A stretch of 26,658 nt of DNA from assembly GCA_011523315.1 (NCBI GenBank), contig WTHE01000457.1:1-26658 (forward strand), given 5' to 3'. The notes under the pieces were generated by a model. It was not told where the DNA came from and made no database searches. It saw only the letters and a list, made by a program, of their open reading frames with translations. This stretch comes from Candidatus Binatota bacterium. Lineage in GTDB: Bacteria; Desulfobacterota; Binatia; Bin18. Shown here piece by piece: positions 10,282 through 17,494 of this stretch. Position 1 is the first letter of the stretch. Each line of letters starts with the position of its first letter. The position numbers were made by a program, and so were the translations under genes.

Positions 10282-11223
10282 ATGGCACGTATTGTCGTAA
10301 CGGGTGGGGCGGGCTTTATCGGTTCGCATCTATGCGAGCGCTTTTTGGCCGAGGAGCACGAGGTCATCTGCATCGATAACCTGGTGACCGGCAAGGCCGA
10401 TAATATTGCCCATCTGTTTGCCGACGCCCGCTTTTCCTTCATCCCCCAGGATGTGACAACGTATCTGTACGTCAAGGGCGAGCTGGACGCGATCCTCCAC
10501 TTCGCCTCCCCGGCGAGTCCGACCGATTACCTGGAATTGCCGATTCAGACCCTCAAGGTCGGCTCGCTCGGCACGCATAAGGCGCTGGGCCTGGCCAAAG
10601 AGAAGAGCGCCCGTCTGCTTCTGGCCTCGACCTCCGAGGTCTACGGCGACCCACTCGTCCATCCCCAGACAGAGGACTACTGGGGCAACGTCAATCCCAT
10701 CGGGCCGCGCGGGGTGTACGACGAGGCCAAACGCTTCGCCGAAGCGCTGGTCATGGCCTATCAGCGCAGCCACGGCCTTGAGACGCGCATCGGGCGCATC
10801 TTCAATACCTATGGGCCGCGGATGCGGCTCAGAGACGGTCGGGTGGTGCCCAATTTTATTTCCCAGGCTCTGCGGGGCGAGGACCTGACCGTGTATGGCG
10901 ATGGCAGCCAGACCCGTAGCTTTTGCTTTGTGACGGATCTGGTCGAGGGGATCTGCCGGCTGCTGCGCTCGGACTATGACGGACCGGTCAATCTCGGCAA
11001 TCCCCAGGAGATGTCGGTGCTGGATTTTGCCAAGCTGATTATCTCCCTGACCGGCAGCCGCAGCCGGATTGCCTTCCGACCGCTGCCGGCCGACGATCCT
11101 CAGGTTCGCCAACCGGATATTCGTCTGGCGCGGCGTGTGCTGGAGTGGCAACCCCAAGTACCCCTCGAAACCGGACTCAGACAGACCATCGCCTATTTTC
11201 GGGACAGGCTCGACCACGACTAG
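10282..11223 (+). CDS. UDP-glucuronic acid decarboxylase (UDP-xylose synthase) family SDR
   Basis: [46 protein letters not shown] and DDPxxRxPDI motifs typical of UXS. Start set at ATG 10282 after GAGG. Confidence 0.88.
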   Translation: MARIVVTGGAGFIGSHLCERFLAEEHEVICIDNLVTGKADNIAHLFADARFSFIPQDVTTYLYVKGELDAILHFASPASPTDYLELPIQTLKVGSLGTHKALGLAKEKSARLLLASTSEVYGDPLVHPQTEDYWGNVNPIGPRGVYDEAKRFAEALVMAYQRSHGLETRIGRIFNTYGPRMRLRDGRVVPNFISQALRGEDLTVYGDGSQTRSFCFVTDLVEGICRLLRSDYDGPVNLGNPQEMSVLDFAKLIISLTGSRSRIAFRPLPADDPQVRQPDIRLARRVLEWQPQVPLETGLRQTIAYFRDRLDHD

Positions 11224-11249
11224 GCGGGGACGGGACAAGAGGAGCAGGC

Positions 11250-12176
11250 ATGCGGATTTTGGTGACCGGGGGGGCGGGCTTTATCGGCTCCCATGTTGTG
11301 GACGCCTATATTGCAGCCGGTCATGCGGTTGTTGTGGTTGACGACCTATCGACCGGCAAGCGCGAAAACCTCCACCCCCGGGCGCGTTTTGTCCGAGCTG
11401 CCATTCAAGACCCGGACGTGCGGCATCTTCTGCGTGAAGAAAAAATCGAGGTCGTCAACCACCACGCCGCCCAGATGGACGTGCGGCGTTCGGTGGCCGA
11501 TCCGCTGTTTGACGCCCGGGTGAATATCCTCGGTCTGCTGAACGTGCTCGAAGGCGCCCGCCAGGCCGGGGTGACCAAGATCATCTTTGCCTCGTCGGGC
11601 GGAACGGTGTACGGTGAGCAGCAGGTGTTTCCGGCCGATGAAAGTCATCCCACCCGGCCGATCAGCCCCTACGGCGTGAGCAAGCTGAGCGGCGAGCAGT
11701 ATTTGTCTTTCTATCATGCCGAATATGGGCTGCCGTATATTGCGCTGCGCTACGCCAACATCTACGGACCGCGCCAGGACCCGCACGGCGAGGCCGGGGT
11801 GGTGGCGATTTTCAGCCAGCGCCTGCTGGCCGGAGAACAGCCGGTGATTCATGGCGACGGCGAGCAGACGCGCGACTATGTGTTTGTTCACGACGTTGCG
11901 CGGGCGAATGTGGCGGCGCTGGGAGTGGACTATACGGGTGCGCTGAATATTGGTACTGGACGGGAGACCAGCGTCAACACGCTGTTTCGGCAGCTGCGTC
12001 GCCTGACTGGGGCCGGGGCCGCCGAGCAACATGGACCGGCCCAGGCCGGAGAGCAACGCCGGAGTGTCCTGGCCGGGGATCGCGCCGCGCAGATACTGGG
12101 CTGGCGTCCGCAGGTCGCGGTCGTCGATGGGCTGGAGCGGACGGTGGCCTTCTTTCGAGACCGGCAGGACGGATAG
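11250..12176 (+). CDS. NAD-dependent epimerase/dehydratase (UDP-glucose 4-epimerase-like)
   Basis: [34 protein letters not shown] (YxxxK), NIYGPRQDPHGEAGVV and TRDYV motifs. Start set at ATG 11250 after AGAGGAG. Confidence 0.85.
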   Translation: MRILVTGGAGFIGSHVVDAYIAAGHAVVVVDDLSTGKRENLHPRARFVRAAIQDPDVRHLLREEKIEVVNHHAAQMDVRRSVADPLFDARVNILGLLNVLEGARQAGVTKIIFASSGGTVYGEQQVFPADESHPTRPISPYGVSKLSGEQYLSFYHAEYGLPYIALRYANIYGPRQDPHGEAGVVAIFSQRLLAGEQPVIHGDGEQTRDYVFVHDVARANVAALGVDYTGALNIGTGRETSVNTLFRQLRRLTGAGAAEQHGPAQAGEQRRSVLAGDRAAQILGWRPQVAVVDGLERTVAFFRDRQDG

Positions 12177-12185
12177 CGGGACGTC

Positions 12186-13997
12186 ATGAACAGCAGCCTG
12201 ATTCGCAACTTCAGCATTGTCGCCCACATCGATCACGGCAAATCGACGCTGGCCGACAAGCTGCTGTCATATTCGGGTTCGATCAGCGAGCGCGAAGAGG
12301 CGACCCAGTTTCTGGATACCATGGATCTGGAGCAGGAGCGGGGGATTACGATCAAGGCGCGGACGGTGCGCCTCCGCTACCAGGCCCAGGACGGCGAGAC
12401 CTACTGCCTGAATCTGATCGATACCCCCGGCCATGTTGACTTTTCCTACGAGGTGTCGCGCAGCCTGTCGGCGTGCGAGGGCGCCATTCTGGTTGTTGAT
12501 GCCGCCCAGGGGGTAGAAGCCCAGACCCTGGCCAATACCTATCTGGCCCTGGACCACTCGCTGGAAATTCTGCCGGTCATCAACAAAATAGACCTGCCCA
12601 GCGCCGAGCCCGAACGCGTGCGAGCCGAATTGGAGGACGTGATCGGTCTGGACGGCAGCGAGGCCGTTCTGGCCAGCGCCAAACACGGGCGCGGGATTCC
12701 CGAGGTGCTGGAAGGAATTGTGCGGACGGTTCCCCCGCCTCAGGGCGACGCCCGGCGGCCGCTCAGCGCCCTGGTGTTTGATAGCTGGTTCGACCCTTAC
12801 CAGGGCGCGGTGGTCCAGGTGCGTGTCTTTGACGGCGTGCTGCGGGCCGGAATGCGTATCCAGTTCGTCTCAACCGGTACGGTCTATGAGGTCGGCCAGA
12901 TCGGCGTGTTTGCCCCGCGACCGCTGGCCGTGTCCGCGCTGGGGCCCGGCGAGGTGGGCTTTGTGATGGCCAACATCAAGACGGTGACCGAGGCCCGGGT
13001 CGGGGATACGATCACCGACGCTGAGCGGCCGACCCGACAGCCGTTGGCCGGCTTCAAGGAGGTCAAGCCGATGGTGTTCAGCGGCCTCTATCCGGTCGAG
13101 TCCCACCAGTATGACGCGCTGCGCGACGCCATGGAAAAACTCCGGCTGAACGACTCCTCGCTGAGCTATGAGAAAGAGAGTTCCCTGGCACTCGGGTTTG
13201 GCTTCCGGTGCGGTTTTCTGGGCCTGCTGCACATGGAAATCGTCCAGGAGCGCGTGGAGCGCGAGTTTGGTCTGGATCTGATCACCACCACGCCGACGGT
13301 TGAATACCGGGTGCGGACGCTGGACGGCGAAGCGCTGCTCGTCGATAATCCGGCGCTGCTGCCCCCGGTCCAGGAGATTGCGGCGCTCGAAGAGCCGTTC
13401 ATTCTGGCCACCGTCCACGTCCCGACCGACTATCTCGGCAATGTCCTCCAGCTGTGTCAGGAACGGCGTGGCGTCCAGCGCGAGCTGAAATACCCGGCTC
13501 CCCAACGCGTCATGGTCTTGTACGAGCTGCCGCTCAACGAGGTCGTGGTTGACTTTCACGACCGCCTCAAGTCGGTTACCCGAGGGTATGCGTCGCTCGA
13601 CTACGAGCTGCTGGACCTGCGGCCGGCCGATCTGGTCAAGCTCGATGTGCGCATCAACGGCGACATCGTCGATGCCCTGTCGCTGATCGTCCACCGCGAT
13701 CAGGCCTACAGCCGGGGGCGTGAGCTGGTCCAGAAAATGCGCCAGCTGATTCCGCGCCAGATGTTTGAGGTGGCGGTCCAGGCGGCCATCGGCAACAAGG
13801 TCATCGCCCGCGAAAGCGTCAAAGCGCTGCGCAAAAACGTCACCGCCAAGTGCTACGGAGGGGATATTACCCGTAAGCGAAAACTGCTAGAAAAGCAAAA
13901 AGAAGGGAAGCGGCGTATGAAGCAAGTCGGACGGGTTGAGATTCCCCAGGACGCTTTTCTGGCCCTGCTGCGGGTTGGCGAAAAAGGGGAACGATGA
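12186..13997 (+). CDS. lepA: Translation elongation factor 4 (LepA)
   Basis: [35 protein letters not shown] and [25 protein letters not shown] motifs. Confidence 0.98.
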   Translation: MNSSLIRNFSIVAHIDHGKSTLADKLLSYSGSISEREEATQFLDTMDLEQERGITIKARTVRLRYQAQDGETYCLNLIDTPGHVDFSYEVSRSLSACEGAILVVDAAQGVEAQTLANTYLALDHSLEILPVINKIDLPSAEPERVRAELEDVIGLDGSEAVLASAKHGRGIPEVLEGIVRTVPPPQGDARRPLSALVFDSWFDPYQGAVVQVRVFDGVLRAGMRIQFVSTGTVYEVGQIGVFAPRPLAVSALGPGEVGFVMANIKTVTEARVGDTITDAERPTRQPLAGFKEVKPMVFSGLYPVESHQYDALRDAMEKLRLNDSSLSYEKESSLALGFGFRCGFLGLLHMEIVQERVEREFGLDLITTTPTVEYRVRTLDGEALLVDNPALLPPVQEIAALEEPFILATVHVPTDYLGNVLQLCQERRGVQRELKYPAPQRVMVLYELPLNEVVVDFHDRLKSVTRGYASLDYELLDLRPADLVKLDVRINGDIVDALSLIVHRDQAYSRGRELVQKMRQLIPRQMFEVAVQAAIGNKVIARESVKALRKNVTAKCYGGDITRKRKLLEKQKEGKRRMKQVGRVEIPQDAFLALLRVGEKGER

Positions 13998-14069
13998 TGA
14001 CCACCTCGTCGAGCAGAACTCCTCGTTCACCTTTTGCCAACGGTCTGTGCCGGGGGCGCTAGGCGGGCT

Positions 14070-14765
14070 ATGGCCAAGCACAAACCGTCCGCACGGGTCG
14101 CCCTTGAGCCGGACCCTCCGACTGCCGGAGACAAGCCGGTGGCCGCCTCGCGGGCTCGGCTCAGGCAAAAGTCCGTTGTTCGGGAATACACCGAAGCCCT
14201 GCTGGTGGCCCTGCTGCTGGCCCTGTTCATCCGCAGCTTCATCGTCCAGGCCTTCAAAATCCCCTCGGGTTCGATGCTGACAACCCTCCAGGTCGGCGAT
14301 CACATCCTGGTCAACAAGTTTCTGTACGGGCTGCGTCTACCGTACCCTCTCGATCTGCCCCTCGTTCAGTGGGGGCAACCCCGGCGCGGTGACGTGATTG
14401 TCTTTGTCTACCCCAAAGACAGCAGCAAAGACTTCATCAAACGGGTGGTGGCGGTTGGCGGAGATACGGTCGAGATCCGCCGTAAACAACTGTTCATCAA
14501 CGGCCGGCCAGCCGAGGACCCGTACGCCACCTTCGCCGAAGCCGATCAGGAACGGCCGGGGCCACGCGATAACATTGGGCCGATTCGCGTCCCGGCCAAC
14601 CGGCTGTTTGTAATGGGTGATAACCGCGACCACAGCCACGACAGCCGGTTTTGGGGCTTTGTCGATGTGCACGATGTCAAGGGCAAAGCCTTTCTGATCT
14701 ACTGGTCCTGGGACGGGGCCGACCGCTGGGTGCGCTGGGAGCGCCTGGGGTCGCTGATTTACTAG
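14070..14765 (+). CDS. lepB: Signal peptidase I
   Basis: TM segment followed by IPSGSM (Ser), DFIKR (Lys) and GDNRDHSHDSRFWG. Start at ATG 14070 preferred over the track's 14034. Confidence 0.95.
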   Translation: MAKHKPSARVALEPDPPTAGDKPVAASRARLRQKSVVREYTEALLVALLLALFIRSFIVQAFKIPSGSMLTTLQVGDHILVNKFLYGLRLPYPLDLPLVQWGQPRRGDVIVFVYPKDSSKDFIKRVVAVGGDTVEIRRKQLFINGRPAEDPYATFAEADQERPGPRDNIGPIRVPANRLFVMGDNRDHSHDSRFWGFVDVHDVKGKAFLIYWSWDGADRWVRWERLGSLIY

Positions 14766-14776
14766 GGTGGTGCGTG

Positions 14777-16474
14777 ATGAGTCGGCTCGATGAGTTGCTG
14801 CTGGCGACCGGCAAGCTGTCCTCCGACGATCTGCGTCGGGTCCAGCTGGTCCAGCAGGAACGTGGCGAGCCCATGGAGCGTCTGCTGCTCGAACTCGGCT
14901 TCATGTCTGAGGACGATCTGCTGCCCGTGCTGGCCGACTACTACCGGGCGCCGCTGATCGGAGTGCGCGACTTTCCGCAGGATCCTCCCGCCCTCGACTC
15001 CATTAACCCGGCCTATTTTCGCCAGGCACGCATCTGCCCGCTGCGTGTCGAGGACGGCCAGCTCGTCGCCGCCATGGCCGACCCGGGGGATGTCGACGCG
15101 GTCGAAGCCCTGGAGAAGGCGACCGGTCTGCGTGTGGTGCGCCGGCTGGCGCGCGAACGTGAGCTGCTCGACGCGCTGAGCGCCTACGACACCGAGGGCG
15201 ACGGGCCGCCCGATAGGCTGGAGGCTGAGAACGGAGAGGGCGGCTATCTCGAAGAGGATCAGGACGTTGTCGCCCATCTGCGCGACCTGGCCAGCGAGGC
15301 CCCGGTCATCCGCCTGGTCAACGTCATGATCTCTCGGGCGATGGAGCAGCGGGCCTCGGATATCCACATTGAGCCGTTTGAGAAGGAACTGCGTGTCCGC
15401 TACCGCATTGACGGCATCTTGCACGATATTGAGTCTCCGCCGCGCTGGATGCAGGCCGCCCTCATCTCGCGCGTCAAGCTGATGGCCAAGCTGGATATCG
15501 CCGAACGCCGCCTGCCCCAGGACGGGCGGATCAAACTGCGCATGCTAGGTCGTGAGGTGGACCTGCGGGTCTCGACCCTGCCGACGCTGTACGGGGAGAG
15601 CGTTGTCCTGCGTATTCTCGACCGCTCCAGTATCACGCTCAGCCTCGAATCCTTAGGCTTCCCGACCGATACCCTGGAATTGTTCGAGACCCTTATTGCC
15701 AAGCCCTACGGCATGATCCTGGTGACGGGACCGACCGGCAGCGGAAAGACGACTACGCTGTACGGGGCTTTGGACAAAATCAACTCTCCCGACAAAAAGA
15801 TCATTACCATTGAGGACCCGGTCGAGTACCAACTGAGCGGTGTCAACCAGGTCCACGTCAAACCCCAAATCGGCCTCAGCTTTGCCTCGGGGCTGCGTTC
15901 TATCGTGCGCCAGGACCCGGACGTCATTATGATCGGTGAAATTCGTGATTACGAAACCGCCGAGATTGCGATTCAGTCCGCGCTGACCGGTCACCTGGTG
16001 TTCTCGACCCTGCACACCAACGATGCTGCCGGGGCGGTCACTCGACTCCTGGAGATGGGGGTTGAGGACTATCTGTTGGCCTCCTCGCTGCTGGGCGTGA
16101 TGGCCCAGCGCCTGGTCCGCTCATTATGCCGCCAGTGCCGCCGCCCCAGCCATAGCGGGCTTGAGCTTGAGGAGCAGGGGCTTGGGGCAAACGGTGTCGC
16201 CAACGGTACGGCGCCCGCTCCTTCCCTGTCCTACGACGCGGTCGGCTGCGAGGCCTGTGCCAACACCGGCTATCACGGTCGGCGGGGCATCTTCGAGCTG
16301 ATGACCGTCGATGAAGACATCCGCCCGCTGATCCTCAAACGCGCCTCGGCCGACGTGATCAAAAACCGGGCCATTGCCGCCCAGGAGATGCGCGTGCTGC
16401 GCGACGACGGCTGGCGGACGGTGGGCCAGGGCCTGACTACGGTGGCCGAAGTCCTGCGGGTGACCCAAGAGTAG
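14777..16474 (+). CDS. gspE: Type II secretion / type IV pilus assembly ATPase (GspE/PilB family)
   Basis: ASDIHIEP, RLPQDGR, GPTGSGKTT (Walker A), TIEDPVEY, RQDPDVIMIGEIRD, HTNDA and CRQC...CEAC motifs. MshEN-like N-terminus. GspE versus PilB cannot be settled by eye. Confidence 0.85.
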   Translation: MSRLDELLLATGKLSSDDLRRVQLVQQERGEPMERLLLELGFMSEDDLLPVLADYYRAPLIGVRDFPQDPPALDSINPAYFRQARICPLRVEDGQLVAAMADPGDVDAVEALEKATGLRVVRRLARERELLDALSAYDTEGDGPPDRLEAENGEGGYLEEDQDVVAHLRDLASEAPVIRLVNVMISRAMEQRASDIHIEPFEKELRVRYRIDGILHDIESPPRWMQAALISRVKLMAKLDIAERRLPQDGRIKLRMLGREVDLRVSTLPTLYGESVVLRILDRSSITLSLESLGFPTDTLELFETLIAKPYGMILVTGPTGSGKTTTLYGALDKINSPDKKIITIEDPVEYQLSGVNQVHVKPQIGLSFASGLRSIVRQDPDVIMIGEIRDYETAEIAIQSALTGHLVFSTLHTNDAAGAVTRLLEMGVEDYLLASSLLGVMAQRLVRSLCRQCRRPSHSGLELEEQGLGANGVANGTAPAPSLSYDAVGCEACANTGYHGRRGIFELMTVDEDIRPLILKRASADVIKNRAIAAQEMRVLRDDGWRTVGQGLTTVAEVLRVTQE

Positions 16475-16500
16475 ACCCAAGAGTAGTGACCCAAGAGTAG
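16460..16500 (+). repeat. Tandem triplication of the gspE 3' end (GTGACCCAAGAGTAG / ACCCAAGAGTAG / GTGACCCAAGAGTAG)
   Basis: Read directly: 16460-16474 (includes the gspE TAG), 16475-16486 and 16486-16500. Confidence 0.9.
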
Positions 16501-16553
16501 AAGGAATAGGCGGCAGAGGCGGGTCCGTCACACGGACGGGGGCGGGTCTGAAT

Positions 16554-16994
16554 CTAGGGTGTGCGAGTAACGGACGGTCTGTCCGGGGTCCAGTGTTCGA
16601 CCGCAGCCCGGGCCACCGGGCTGAACACCTCGGCTACACTCTCGACAAGCTGTGACAACCCGACCCAGCGCCGTCGGCGGGCGGTTTCATACGTCGCGCC
16701 CTCGCCGGTGACGCTGGCGGCAAAGAAAAAAAATGGCGTCGCCGCTCCTCCGGCTTCGCCTGCCACCCTGAGCGTGGCCAACAGGCGGCCGACCTCAACC
16801 GTATAGCCACTCTCCTCCGCACACTCCCGGGCGGCTGCTTGCTCCAGGCTTTCTCCCGGCTCGACCGTGCCGACCGGAAAAATCCAGCTACGGGGGTGTT
16901 TGCGGCTGGTAATCAGCAACACCTCGGGCTCGGCCGTGGCCGTGGGGCGGGTGGCCACGACGCCGGCCTTGGCTGGTGGTACATCGAGAGGCAT
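16554..16994 (-). CDS. Nudix hydrolase (resembles the Ap6A/DIPP subfamily)
   Basis: Nudix box GTVEPGESLEQAAARECAEESGY (Gx5Ex7REUxEExGU), preceded by EVLLITSRKHPRSWIFP. Confidence 0.88.
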   Translation of the reverse strand: MPLDVPPAKAGVVATRPTATAEPEVLLITSRKHPRSWIFPVGTVEPGESLEQAAARECAEESGYTVEVGRLLATLRVAGEAGGAATPFFFFAASVTGEGATYETARRRRWVGLSQLVESVAEVFSPVARAAVEHWTPDRPSVTRTP

Positions 16995-16997
16995 GGC

Positions 16998-17483
16998 CTA
17001 GTCTTTGGGCAGGTGCTCATGGCCCGGTTGGTCGTGGTGGGCCTGGTGTGATGCCGGGCTGGTCGGACGAACATCCCGGCCGGGTTCATGGCTCAGGTGC
17101 AGGCGACCCAGAAATTTGACGTTGGCACACGCGTCAACCTCGCCAACCGCACACTCCTCGACATTGGGAATAAAGAAGCGGAACGGGCCGCCTTTTTTGG
17201 GCGGCAGCGGTGCATCCCCCAGCCGATAGGCCACAATGGCGTCCTGCACGGCGGTGATCGGCAGGCTGGCCGAAAATTTTCCGTCGCTGGATTCGAGGGT
17301 AATATACCGAGCGCTGTCCGCAGGGCTGACCCGCTCGAGCAGAGACCGCAGGCGAACCCCGCCGCCGTCACGGCCGGGAACAAACTGCCCGACATCGGCG
17401 ATCTGGTCGGGCAGCCGAGTCAGGTCGTTGAAGCTGAAAGTGTGGGGGGAGGAAACCTCACCCTCTATGCGGAGCTGTGTCAT
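16998..17483 (-). CDS. Sulfite-oxidase-family molybdopterin-binding-like domain protein with His-rich tail
   Basis: LRIEGEVSSP, GVRLRSLLE, ESSDGKFSASLP, GDAPLPPKKGGPFR and NVKFL match the Oxidored_molyb layout. SD AGGAG overlaps the upstream stop. Confidence 0.7.
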   Translation of the reverse strand: MTQLRIEGEVSSPHTFSFNDLTRLPDQIADVGQFVPGRDGGGVRLRSLLERVSPADSARYITLESSDGKFSASLPITAVQDAIVAYRLGDAPLPPKKGGPFRFFIPNVEECAVGEVDACANVKFLGRLHLSHEPGRDVRPTSPASHQAHHDQPGHEHLPKD

Positions 17484-17494
17484 GTTTTCGTCTC

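Noticed and set aside
7889-11223. GT2 + ugd + decarboxylase as an arn (Ara4N, polymyxin resistance) operon
   Set aside because: No ArnB aminotransferase, formyltransferase domain, ArnD, ArnT or ArnE/F is present, and the decarboxylase is the standalone UXS type.
16460-16500. Triple repeat read as a mini CRISPR array
   Set aside because: Units are only 12-15 nt, there are no spacers and no cas genes, and the unit is simply the gspE 3' end.
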